Assembly: GCA_965140415.1 (NCBI GenBank)
Contig: OZ223209.1
Location: 2,656,001 to 2,720,000 of the forward strand
Reading direction: 5' to 3'
DNA from: Myxococcota bacterium
GTDB lineage: Bacteria; Myxococcota_A; SURF-8
DNA length: 64,000 bases
Below the pieces are notes generated by a model. It was given only the letters and a program-made list of their open reading frames with translations, was not told where the DNA came from and ran no database searches. The position numbers and the translations under genes are program-made. This document shows positions 19,630 through 28,964 of the stretch, piece after piece; position 1 is the first letter of the stretch; the number at the start of each line of letters is the position of its first letter.

Positions 19630-20047
19630 ATGCATCGATATTCCACCAAAATTGGAAAAGGTTCGAGAAGTCTGTGAAGAGATGACGCAAACCGTGTTAG
19701 AGGCCAGCGGCGATGCCGATTTGACGTTTCGCGTGAACATCGGTTTGACGGAGGCGCTTACAAATTCGATCGTACATGGATGCAGGAATTGCAAAACAGA
19801 GGTCGAAATCGGCTATTCCGTTAAAGATGAGCTTCACGTATTCAGCATCACAGATCCCGGTCAGGGGCCTTGCGACGAAAGCATCAAGTTCCCGAAGTTG
19901 GACGAGGATTTACTCAGTGAACATCATCGCGGCAACGTCATCATCAAGTGGGCTGCGGATGAAATCTCTTTTCAACGGCTGGAAAAAGGTTTCACGCTTA
20001 CACTGGGATTTCGGTCCAGACCGCTAGAAGAGCGGAAAATCTTATAA
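19616..20047 (+). CDS. RsbW/SpoIIAB-like Ser kinase / anti-sigma factor (GHKL)
   Basis: EALTNSIVHG N-box, DPGQG G1 box, variant G2 box (HRGNVII). ATG at 19616 overlaps the end of the STAS gene. Confidence 0.85.
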   Translation: MSCLKCIDIPPKLEKVREVCEEMTQTVLEASGDADLTFRVNIGLTEALTNSIVHGCRNCKTEVEIGYSVKDELHVFSITDPGQGPCDESIKFPKLDEDLLSEHHRGNVIIKWAADEISFQRLEKGFTLTLGFRSRPLEERKIL

Positions 20048-21514
20048 CCCTACCCATTGTTTGGCGCGCTTGCGACCGATCAAAGGCGAGGCCAGTTTGG
20101 CCAATGCGATGCGTGCATCCATTTTCAGGCTGCGCTTTTTGGCATAGAGCGCCTCTGCGATACGGCTTTCGTCCTCATCTTCACTTAAATCCGCAATACC
20201 GGTAATGCCAGGAGGCGTAGCGAATCGCCCCAGCATCCAGTCTTCATTCAGATTTTCAGCTTGTTCGGGCGTGAGTGGGCGAGGGCCGATCAGTCGCATG
20301 TCGCCTTTCATGACGCTGACCAAAGACGGCCACCATTGCAGAAACGCTTGTTTCGAACTGATACTCATCATCTGGAAGCGCGGCAGGTATACCACATCTC
20401 CGCTGCTGTCGATCTTTCCCGATCCCAGTTTTTCTTCCAAGTTCAATGCGTGCTGGTTCCGGTGGCGGCTTAAAAGAGAAGAAGCCACGCCGAACGGCGC
20501 AAGAGAAACGAACAGTCCAAGGGCCAGACTGCGATGCACCAGCGAATCCAACATGCCGGGGAGCATTTGCTCGCTCACGTTCCCAAGCAAGAATGGATCG
20601 GAAACGACTACCTTGAAATCGCTGTCCACTCCGAAAAGAAGGTTGTGAGATACGACATTGTGATCCAGGCGTGTCATTTCACCGATGTAGGAATTGGCCA
20701 GCACGACGCTGGATTCGATATGAGCTTTTCTCGCGACGATGGTATTGTCACCGATTACGGCATCCGGACCGACTTCCGCACCAGGCATGATTTGCGAATG
20801 GTGTCCGATCAGCACCGGTGGCGTGATTTTCGCCTTGGGATGAATGTTGGCGTTACGACCGACAAAGATTCCGGTACGAATTTCAATATACGGATTGTGT
20901 ACGAGCAGTTCTCCGTTGCGAAGAAGCCTGCGGTTGATATCGAGTAAGCCTTTCAAACCGTTGCCAGTAACATGCTTCAGGGGCAACTCAATGCGTTCGA
21001 CAAGAGCAGGATCTTGTTGATGCAACGTTTTAAGGTTCGAGAGCAGGTCGCCTTCCGCGTTGGCGAGAGAATCCCAGGATTTCGGAGTAAGTATGGCCGC
21101 GATGAAGGTGCTTTGTTCCTGGTCCATCAAAAGCGTGGCGGCTTTGTTTTTCGTTTGGTGCTGTTCAAGCAAATCGGATAAGGGAAGATCGCAAACCGTC
21201 AAACCGGACATCACGATCAAGGGTTCATCGAAAAGGAAACGATGTTTGAACAGGCTGCGGCATTCGTCGCCGTCGGGTTGGCCGATCAAGGTGGTGAGAC
21301 GAACGCCGAAGCGGGTGCCATCTCCGAAATAGGCGTTGATTTCGTTTAGGCCGTCACTGGCGATCAAAACAATTTCACGGATGCCGTTTTGATAGGCACG
21401 CTCGATTTGATGCTGGGCAATCGGCTTGTTCAGCAAGGGAGCCAATGGTAGGGCAACGGTTTTAGCCAGTTGTCCGAATGAACTGGCGTCGGTATGTAGC
21501 AGGACGGCTTTCAT
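20042..21514 (-). CDS. NDP-sugar pyrophosphorylase-like + left-handed beta-helix + sugar-transferase-like fusion (degenerate active sites)
   Basis: MKAVLL...PLLNKPI...YFGDGTRFGV N-domain without GGxGTR; hexapeptide repeats; C-terminal GDMRLIGPRP and PGITG without the DE dyad. Confidence 0.8.
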   Translation of the reverse strand: MKAVLLHTDASSFGQLAKTVALPLAPLLNKPIAQHQIERAYQNGIREIVLIASDGLNEINAYFGDGTRFGVRLTTLIGQPDGDECRSLFKHRFLFDEPLIVMSGLTVCDLPLSDLLEQHQTKNKAATLLMDQEQSTFIAAILTPKSWDSLANAEGDLLSNLKTLHQQDPALVERIELPLKHVTGNGLKGLLDINRRLLRNGELLVHNPYIEIRTGIFVGRNANIHPKAKITPPVLIGHHSQIMPGAEVGPDAVIGDNTIVARKAHIESSVVLANSYIGEMTRLDHNVVSHNLLFGVDSDFKVVVSDPFLLGNVSEQMLPGMLDSLVHRSLALGLFVSLAPFGVASSLLSRHRNQHALNLEEKLGSGKIDSSGDVVYLPRFQMMSISSKQAFLQWWPSLVSVMKGDMRLIGPRPLTPEQAENLNEDWMLGRFATPPGITGIADLSEDEDESRIAEALYAKKRSLKMDARIALAKLASPLIGRKRAKQWVGL

Positions 21515-21550
21515 GGAGGACTCCGACGGAATACTGAAAACACCAAACGG

Positions 21551-23569
21551 TTAAAATGCTCCATGCCCGCTTAACACGGCGGGAATGGTTTTAAGGATCA
21601 GTTTCAAGTCTCCCAGCAGGCTGCGATTCTGGATGTAGTTGCGGTCCAACAGGACTTGGGAATCGAAATTCAGCAGGCTGCGTCCGCTGACCTGCCAGAT
21701 GCAGGTCAATCCGGGAATGACCTCCAGGCGGTCCCGATGCAGCACTTGATATTGCTCCACTTCGCTGGGTATGGGCGGACGCGGTCCCACCAGGGACATG
21801 TCGCCGATCAGCACGTTGAAAAGCTGAGGCATTTCGTCGATGGAAAAACGCCGGATCACACGCCCAACGCGCGAAATGCGCGGGTCGTGTTTCATTTTGA
21901 AAATGACACCACCGGTTTCGTTCATGTGCATCAAGGCGGCTTTGCGTTCTTCTGCATCGGTATACATCGAACGGAATTTGATTATCGTGAAAATCTTGCC
22001 GTAGCGTCCGACTCGCTGTTGCTTGAAGAACACCGGACCGGAAGGATCTTCCAGTTTGATTGCGGTTGCCGTAGTCAAAAACAGGGGGGTCAGCAGAAGC
22101 AAGCCCGTTGACGATCCTGCAATATCGATTGCGCGTTTGACTTTCAGACTGCCTTCCGTAGCGATCCACCACAGGGTGCGTCGAAGGTGAAACTCGAATT
22201 CGGCTTTCAGTCGCTGGCTGGGAAGGTCGATGTCGTCGAAACGCTTGATCAACTGCGTGCGTGCCTGAGCGACGTACCATTTCCAGACGTTCATTATAAA
22301 TAGCGGATTGCCGACCAGATAGCGATTCGCCATTCTGCGTGGCTCCATTGCCAGCCGCCAGAACCATTCCAAACCGAGTTCGCGCACCCAGATCGGTGCA
22401 CGTTTAATGCGACCCGAGTAGAAGTCGAATAAGCCACCCACTCCCATCGCGACACCCACATCCAGCCGGGACAGGTTGCGGTCGATCCAGCGCTCTTGTC
22501 CGGGGACGCCGCGTGCGACGAGAAGGAAATCCGGATGAACGTGATTGATGGCGGCGATGATTTCGTCCTCTTCGGAGGAGTGATCTTCGAAGTAGCCGTG
22601 CCATGCGCCTGCAATATCCAAACCGGGAAAACGTTTGACCATGTTGCGTCGGGTTAGCTCGGATACTCCGGGTGCGGCACCCAACAGAAACAGTCGCTTG
22701 TTGTGTTCTTGGGCGTACTGGCACAGGCGCGGGAACATGTCGGTTCCGTTGACGTTTTCTTTGACTTCGGCACCGATCAGCTTTCCGGCGATTTTGATGC
22801 CGATGCCATCGGGTAGGACCATATCCGCTCGCTTGAGGATGTCGCGATAGTCGGCTTCACGAGTGCTGAGATTGAAGCAATGTGGATTTACAAACGCAAC
22901 ATGCCTGTGTCCGGCTTCTGAAAGTGCAACCAGCTTTTCAATGGCGTCGTGCATGCTTACATTGGTGATATCGATATCCTGCAAAATGAAGGAATCGGAG
23001 CGAACGGGAACGGAACCACCCAGAATCAGAGCAGGGATGGTACGAGCGAGAATGGAAAGATCCTTGCGTATACCGCGCTCGGCCAGATAGGCGCGTTCGG
23101 GAACGCTGCGACCATCGAAGGCAATGTTCATGCGTCGCCGAATGGTATACGGATCGGTCAAGCCGGGGCGAACGGAAAAGCGTACATGATCGTGCTCTTG
23201 CAATTCTTCGCACTGCTCGCTGCTAAGTGCTTCGGGTCCGACGAAAGCCAGATCGCCTTTCAGGATGCTTAAAAACAGGGGCATATCGAAGGCGTGTGTG
23301 CGTTTAAGAAATTCGATCAGCCAGCTCAAATGATTCGGCGCAACTGGTGGCCGAACTCGATACAACGTGATCGGCACTCCATGTCGCCCGATCCTGGTTT
23401 CCTTTTTAAGGATATCGAAACGACCGTTTAGAAGGCAGGTCGATGCCGCCAGCGTTGATGCGAAGAGTGTCGTAGGAACAAGCGCAGAAGAAAGCGCCAG
23501 ATCCAACAGCCTGCGTCGGAAATCTTTCAACGGCTTTTCCGTTATGGATGGCCTAAAATGGATCGTCAT
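21551..23569 (-). CDS. Triple fusion: degenerate sugar transferase + WecB/TagA/CpsF glycosyltransferase + priming polyprenyl-phosphate sugar-1-phosphate transferase
   Basis: TagA motifs FVNPH, PDGIG, NGTD, HGYF, GVGGLFD, GLEW. C-terminal KFRSM, DEMPQ, GDMSLVGPRP, PGLTCIWQVSGRS. Confidence 0.9.
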   Translation of the reverse strand: MTIHFRPSITEKPLKDFRRRLLDLALSSALVPTTLFASTLAASTCLLNGRFDILKKETRIGRHGVPITLYRVRPPVAPNHLSWLIEFLKRTHAFDMPLFLSILKGDLAFVGPEALSSEQCEELQEHDHVRFSVRPGLTDPYTIRRRMNIAFDGRSVPERAYLAERGIRKDLSILARTIPALILGGSVPVRSDSFILQDIDITNVSMHDAIEKLVALSEAGHRHVAFVNPHCFNLSTREADYRDILKRADMVLPDGIGIKIAGKLIGAEVKENVNGTDMFPRLCQYAQEHNKRLFLLGAAPGVSELTRRNMVKRFPGLDIAGAWHGYFEDHSSEEDEIIAAINHVHPDFLLVARGVPGQERWIDRNLSRLDVGVAMGVGGLFDFYSGRIKRAPIWVRELGLEWFWRLAMEPRRMANRYLVGNPLFIMNVWKWYVAQARTQLIKRFDDIDLPSQRLKAEFEFHLRRTLWWIATEGSLKVKRAIDIAGSSTGLLLLTPLFLTTATAIKLEDPSGPVFFKQQRVGRYGKIFTIIKFRSMYTDAEERKAALMHMNETGGVIFKMKHDPRISRVGRVIRRFSIDEMPQLFNVLIGDMSLVGPRPPIPSEVEQYQVLHRDRLEVIPGLTCIWQVSGRSLLNFDSQVLLDRNYIQNRSLLGDLKLILKTIPAVLSGHGAF

Positions 23570-23605
23570 CGCTCGCTTTCTTTCTATACCTGCCCTAATG
23601 CCATC

Positions 23606-24565
23606 TTACAAGATGCTTGCGGGAACGAAAATGATGTCGTTCGGTTGAAGAACGAAATCGACGGCTTTGCCATCTAAAATATCTTCGACATCCACCACAA
23701 AACGTTCCGGTTTCGTTGTGGCGTTGCGGATCACGTTAACATGCGAGGAGCGGGCATTGGGGGAGAAGTCTCCGCCAAGCGTTATGGCCTTGGTAATGGT
23801 CATCATGCCGATCATCGGAATCACAGAAGGCTTGTTGACCTGACCGAGGATCAACACTTCATTACTGGTCAGAAGGGGAACGTAAATCACGTCTTTAGGG
23901 CGAATTCGGATGTTGTAGCGCATATCGCCTTCGTTGATCAGCGCACCGAAGTCGATCGGTAAGATGTGCGAGCCACGTGACAGATACGACCGTTGCAAGT
24001 CCGCACCGGGAACTTCCATCATGTTGACTTCCACTGCACGAAGACCGCCTGCCGTGGCGATGGCGTCGAGCAGGCGCATTTCGCCGGTGATCGTGTACAA
24101 ACCGGATGTTTTCAATCCGCCGCCTAACACCACAAATTGATTGCTGCTGAATTCGTTGATGATGATGTCCGACTTCGCGCCTTTTAGATACTGGTTCAGG
24201 CGCTCATCCAGTTCCGCTACGATTTCGCCAATCGTGCGGTTCTTGGCTCGAACTTCTCCGATTAAAGGGAAGGTGAAGTGGCCGTTGGGTTCGATTGTTA
24301 CCGAACGTGTCAGGCTTTCTTCTCCGTAAACGTATACGGTAATGGTGTCTCCGGGACCGAGTTGATAGGCACCGGCTTCGTCGCGTTCCATTTCCAGCAT
24401 TCGCTCGAAAGTGATGTCTGGTTGCGGAACTTCATACATTCGAAGCGCCAACTCGGAAACGGGCAGTTCGGGTTTTACCTTGTTGGCAACACAGCCTGAA
24501 ACCAATAGGAGAAACAAGGAAAACAGAATGATCTGGAAACGAATTATGTTGTGGTTTGTGTTCAT
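23606..24565 (-). CDS. wza: Polysaccharide export (OPX/Wza) lipoprotein, short form
   Basis: Lipobox VSG-C. Poly_export motif YQLGPGDTITV...G.FTFPLIG. Two SLBB domains. Ends at DIIFVPASIL. Confidence 0.9.
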   Translation of the reverse strand: MNTNHNIIRFQIILFSLFLLLVSGCVANKVKPELPVSELALRMYEVPQPDITFERMLEMERDEAGAYQLGPGDTITVYVYGEESLTRSVTIEPNGHFTFPLIGEVRAKNRTIGEIVAELDERLNQYLKGAKSDIIINEFSSNQFVVLGGGLKTSGLYTITGEMRLLDAIATAGGLRAVEVNMMEVPGADLQRSYLSRGSHILPIDFGALINEGDMRYNIRIRPKDVIYVPLLTSNEVLILGQVNKPSVIPMIGMMTITKAITLGGDFSPNARSSHVNVIRNATTKPERFVVDVEDILDGKAVDFVLQPNDIIFVPASIL

Positions 24566-26586
24566 GACATAAACTTTTCAAGCAAGAAGTTTTCGACAAA
24601 TCCGCGACCAAGCCTGACCTTGCGGTAAGAATTGGCAATCGCGATCTCCTGTTTACGAACCAGAAACGGTGTTGCATCGGCGATGAATGCACCCAGTAAT
24701 GGGCTTTGCAGACTTCTATACTGACGAACAATGCGTTCCGCTTGATCCATTTTGGTTGTACCCGACCTAAAGACAAGAATCACGGCTTCGACAAGGGGTA
24801 CTAATTCAATGACTTGAACGAATTCAAACGCCGGAGGTGTATCGATAAGAACTAAATCGTATTGCTGCTGCAACTGTTCGATCAAGCCGACCAGGCGGTT
24901 GTTGGAGAATACATCCAAGTCCGTAGCATTACGCAAACCTGCGAACAACTGATCCGGTGCGCCATCCTGTCCCCGTCGAATTAGATTTTCTGAGAAGTCG
25001 TTCTTTTTCAATTCTTCCAGTAGTAATGGCGGTGCGGTGTTTTCCGGGTGCAGGGAGAAATCCGCATAAAGAACCTTCCGGCCTCTCTTTGCAAACGCTT
25101 CGGCTAGATTACGGGTAACTGTCGTTAAACCGCTACTTGTTGTCGGTGCGAAAAAGGCTAAGGTTTTCTTGCCTTGAAAACGCTTCTCCACCGATAGCGT
25201 GGAAACGATGGGCCGGTACATGTTGACTTCTCTGTGGGGCGCATCGAGTGGGGCTAGCGGATCGTGCAGGTGCTGCCCCAGGATCGGCAAGTCGTAGCGG
25301 TTGTAGATCTCTTTGGCGCTTTTTAGTCTGCGGTTGAAAAACTCCTGGGCCAGAATTACAAAGAGGGCAAACATCAGCCCCAATATCGGCATGGCGGCAG
25401 CAACAAGTTTTGCCTTGGAGGTTTCAGGATACTTTGGAGGAACCGCTTGCTCGATAATGCGAAACTCTCCTAATGGCTCACGTGTGATGGCAGCCGCTTC
25501 TTCACGACGCGCTGATAGATCACCCAAGGCCTGCTTGGCAAATATATAGTCCTGCTGGATGGTGAGAAACCCTTTTTCGTTTTCACTAAGTTTTTTCAAC
25601 TTGCCTTGCATATTTTCCAACTGTTGCTGAAAATTACGAAGGCGGCTGGCTGCGGCGCTACGCTGGGCAGTGAGTCGGGATTTTTCCTCTAGCGCAATGG
25701 TTTTATACACGGCGTTGATTTCGGCCTTTTGCTTGGCGATGATCGGGTTGTCATCGGTGTAGCGCGAGCGCAACTCGTCCAATTGGCTTTGCAGTTCGCG
25801 CATCTGTTGACCTCCGGTGCTGTTTTCACTGAGCTGTCCGATTCTTACGTTATCCGTATCCAAACTCCGAAGCTGTTGGTTCAACGCGATCAACTCAACG
25901 CGGGCGTTTTCGATTTCGCCTTTTAATTCGGATTCTTTCTGCAAGGAAAGGTCGGTTTCTACATCCAGTTTGACGATCCCGTGCTTTTTCCGAAATTCAG
26001 AAAGTTTTTCGGACGTTTCGGAGTATTTTTTCTGGGCTTGTTCCACGAGTATGTCGATTTTTTCCAGCGCTTCTTTGGCTTGTCTGCGGCGCAGGTTCAA
26101 AAGGTATTCCGCAAACACTTGAGCCGTGACATTCGCCAGCTTGACTGCCTTTTCCGGACTATCCAATGTTCCGGAAATGTTGATGAGATTGGAGTTCGAC
26201 GCGCGTGAAAGCGTGATTTTCCCTGCCAGATCGTGAATGTCTCCTTCGACTTCGATGCGCTTTTTGATTTCGATGAGATTGGAAGGAAGTTTGATGGTGT
26301 CCACTAAGGTGTCGATATTGGTTGCAGGCAACTCGAAGTGAGCGCCTTCACCCATCACCACGCCTTTTGCCGGGGCAGAGCGGAGAATGACAGCAGTGGC
26401 CGTATAGGCACGCCCACGAAGATACAGCGCGCCTGTGATTCCGATAATCAGGAAAAAGAGAGAGAACGCTGCGATGAAGCGCCAACGCTGAATGACAACC
26501 AGCAGAAAACGGCGCAAGTCGATATTTTTAAGAGGATTTTCCTCTTCGGTTGCCAGTTTCGGATCTGTGTTGAAAGGTTCCGCCAT
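24562..26586 (-). CDS. wzc: Polysaccharide co-polymerase / Wzc-like protein with degenerate kinase domain
   Basis: Two TM helices flanking a long coiled coil (YTDDNP), then a cytoplasmic domain with YDLVLIDTPP. Walker A reads APTTSSGLTT. Confidence 0.88.
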   Translation of the reverse strand: MAEPFNTDPKLATEEENPLKNIDLRRFLLVVIQRWRFIAAFSLFFLIIGITGALYLRGRAYTATAVILRSAPAKGVVMGEGAHFELPATNIDTLVDTIKLPSNLIEIKKRIEVEGDIHDLAGKITLSRASNSNLINISGTLDSPEKAVKLANVTAQVFAEYLLNLRRRQAKEALEKIDILVEQAQKKYSETSEKLSEFRKKHGIVKLDVETDLSLQKESELKGEIENARVELIALNQQLRSLDTDNVRIGQLSENSTGGQQMRELQSQLDELRSRYTDDNPIIAKQKAEINAVYKTIALEEKSRLTAQRSAAASRLRNFQQQLENMQGKLKKLSENEKGFLTIQQDYIFAKQALGDLSARREEAAAITREPLGEFRIIEQAVPPKYPETSKAKLVAAAMPILGLMFALFVILAQEFFNRRLKSAKEIYNRYDLPILGQHLHDPLAPLDAPHREVNMYRPIVSTLSVEKRFQGKKTLAFFAPTTSSGLTTVTRNLAEAFAKRGRKVLYADFSLHPENTAPPLLLEELKKNDFSENLIRRGQDGAPDQLFAGLRNATDLDVFSNNRLVGLIEQLQQQYDLVLIDTPPAFEFVQVIELVPLVEAVILVFRSGTTKMDQAERIVRQYRSLQSPLLGAFIADATPFLVRKQEIAIANSYRKVRLGRGFVENFLLEKFMS

Positions 26587-26601
26587 CGATTACTGCCCCG
26601 T

Positions 26602-27753
26602 TTATTGCATCAGGATGCGCAAAGTTTCTTGTGTGCTACGTTGCCAACTGAATGAAGCCGCTCGTTCCGGTCCGTTTTTTTTCGCTGCTTTTCGGAAGTC
26701 CTCGTCGAACAATCCGATTTCAAGCGCTGTGGCGATACTGCGTTCGTCTTGCGGGTCGAATAGTCTTCCCGCATCGCCGACCACTTCCGGCAGCGATGTT
26801 CGATTGCTGGCTACCACCGGAATGCCGGAAGCCATCGCTTCGATGGCCGGAATGCCGAAACCTTCAAACAGCGAAGGAAAAGCCAACAAATCCGAAGCGT
26901 TATAGACGTATGGCAGTAGCTCATCGGAGACCATGCCACAGAATCGCACGCGCGAAGATAATCCGAGTTGCTTTACTTCCCTATATATATCGGCAGCGCC
27001 GTTCCAATCTTTTCCACAAAATACAAGATGATGAGATAAATCAGGATGTTGCTGAAGCAAGCGGGCGTAGCCGCGAAGCAGGCCGACGTGATTTTTTCCA
27101 GGATGTTCGAGCCGGGCGACGTACAGAATGAATGGCTCCGGCAAGTCGAGTTTCCCCGAGAGCCGCTGTCGCGCTTCCGACTTATTTCGTGGCTGAAATG
27201 CGCTGTGATCGACCCCGTTATGCACAACGGAAATCCGTTTGGAATCCACCCCGGCGTGCATAAGCAGATCATTGCGAGTGGCATCACTTACTGAAATGAT
27301 TTTCGTGGCCTGCCGCCACATGCGGGGAAGCCACCGGGTTACATACAGGGTACGCGATTTCCCATATTTTTCAGGCATGTGAAAAGGCGCCAGGTCGTGA
27401 ACCGTTGCAATGACCTTGTAGCGTCCCAAAGGAGCTTCGGGGCTCATGCGTCGATTGCCCGCCGGTAGAAACAGCACATTCAGGCGGTGAAGCAGAGCCT
27501 GCACCGGTAGTATCGAGGTGTGCCAGAAAAGATTGCCGGTGACTCCCTTGTATACTTCCGGCACGGCAACGAAACGCGTTTGTGAATCGAGATCGAGAAT
27601 CTCGCGTTCGGAATCGAAACCGAATACGGTTAGTTTGATATCCTGACTGTGCGATAGCGCTTTAATTTGTTGCCGGATATACACACCAATGCCGGAAGCG
27701 CCCCCTTCCAAGGGCATCGCTGGAACACCAAGCTGTAGCAGTCGTTCACTCAT
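26602..27753 (-). CDS. Glycosyltransferase family 4
   Basis: TVHDL, VSDAT, HNGVD, KNH and EGFGIPAIE (EX7E). Confidence 0.93.
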   Translation of the reverse strand: MSERLLQLGVPAMPLEGGASGIGVYIRQQIKALSHSQDIKLTVFGFDSEREILDLDSQTRFVAVPEVYKGVTGNLFWHTSILPVQALLHRLNVLFLPAGNRRMSPEAPLGRYKVIATVHDLAPFHMPEKYGKSRTLYVTRWLPRMWRQATKIISVSDATRNDLLMHAGVDSKRISVVHNGVDHSAFQPRNKSEARQRLSGKLDLPEPFILYVARLEHPGKNHVGLLRGYARLLQQHPDLSHHLVFCGKDWNGAADIYREVKQLGLSSRVRFCGMVSDELLPYVYNASDLLAFPSLFEGFGIPAIEAMASGIPVVASNRTSLPEVVGDAGRLFDPQDERSIATALEIGLFDEDFRKAAKKNGPERAASFSWQRSTQETLRILMQ

Positions 27754-27759
27754 AATAAT

Positions 27760-28950
27760 TTACAAACGATCACTCGTTCCCTTCCGGCGACGAATGCCGC
27801 CTTCTACCACACGGGAAATCAAATTCTCGAACTTATCTAAATATACACAAAATTTATAGTAATTATCAAACATTTTTCTACTATTATTACCTAAATCAGC
27901 AAGTAACTTGTTATCATTCAGCAGCCAGTCGAGATGGCGTCCAAGCGTTCGCCAGTCTCCTTCGGCAGCGCCCAAGCCATTGACGCCATGCCATAGCCAG
28001 TCGCGGATACCGCCCACGTTGAAGGCAACGACGGGACGTCCCGCCGCCATGGCTTCCACACCGACCATCCCGAAAGGTTCCGGCCAGCGAGATGGAACGG
28101 CAACGATAGACGCTCCCTCCAGTCGGGCTGTGCATTCGCTGTGTGAAAGATGTCCCAGGAAGTGAATCCATTCCCGAAAGCCTAACTCTTCTGTCAACTC
28201 TTCCAGTTCCTGCCGCATATTGCCATCACCGATGATCCACAATTGCCAGGGTGGAGTGACTTGCGTCATGGCTTTCAGGAGTGAATCCACCCCTTTACCC
28301 CGAATCAACTGGCCGAGATAGTAGATGGTGCGGGCATTGCCATCGACGGGTGTGGCTTTTCGATCCAGATCGCCCGGCAGAGGCGGAAGAATTTCGATGC
28401 GCTCGGCAGGTAGGCCGTTTTTGATCAGTTCATCACGCATGAAGTTGCTGGCCACAATGAGTCTGTCCAGGTCGTGATGTGCGCGGATATCCTGAAGCCT
28501 TGCAGAAATATCGAGCAGTTGCAGCTTGCCCGAAGAGGAACGTCCAACCAGACAGCCATGACGAACGCAGGCGCTTCCCGCCGCTTCGTGACAGATTTGT
28601 TTACTCAACGGAAAATACTTGTGGCGGCGCGGGCAGGTCAGGTTGTGGTCGTGAACGACACGAACGACGGGACAGGGTAGCTCGTAAGGAGGTGCAATAT
28701 CCGAAAATGGTTGATGAAGTATGAGAATGTCGGGTGATTGCTCGGACACAAGCCGGGTCAAGTCCGCTTGATTTGACAGCGCATGATGATCGGAAAAAGG
28801 GGAGAGATAATCGGGTTGTGCAGGATAGTCGCTGGAATGCAACAGCGTTTGCGTGTGACCGCGCTCGGACAGACCGCTCGTCAGTGCGAACAGGTTCTGT
28901 TCGATCCCTCCCATAAAGTGTGCTCTCTCACTGACATGCCAGATGTTCAT
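27760..28950 (-). CDS. Glycosyltransferase family 4 with a four-Cys insert
   Basis: GGIE, HDHNLTCP...ICHE...ACVRHGC, KGVD and EPFGMVGVE (EX7E). Confidence 0.92.
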   Translation of the reverse strand: MNIWHVSERAHFMGGIEQNLFALTSGLSERGHTQTLLHSSDYPAQPDYLSPFSDHHALSNQADLTRLVSEQSPDILILHQPFSDIAPPYELPCPVVRVVHDHNLTCPRRHKYFPLSKQICHEAAGSACVRHGCLVGRSSSGKLQLLDISARLQDIRAHHDLDRLIVASNFMRDELIKNGLPAERIEILPPLPGDLDRKATPVDGNARTIYYLGQLIRGKGVDSLLKAMTQVTPPWQLWIIGDGNMRQELEELTEELGFREWIHFLGHLSHSECTARLEGASIVAVPSRWPEPFGMVGVEAMAAGRPVVAFNVGGIRDWLWHGVNGLGAAEGDWRTLGRHLDWLLNDNKLLADLGNNSRKMFDNYYKFCVYLDKFENLISRVVEGGIRRRKGTSDRL

Positions 28951-28964
28951 CGGCTACCACCGGG

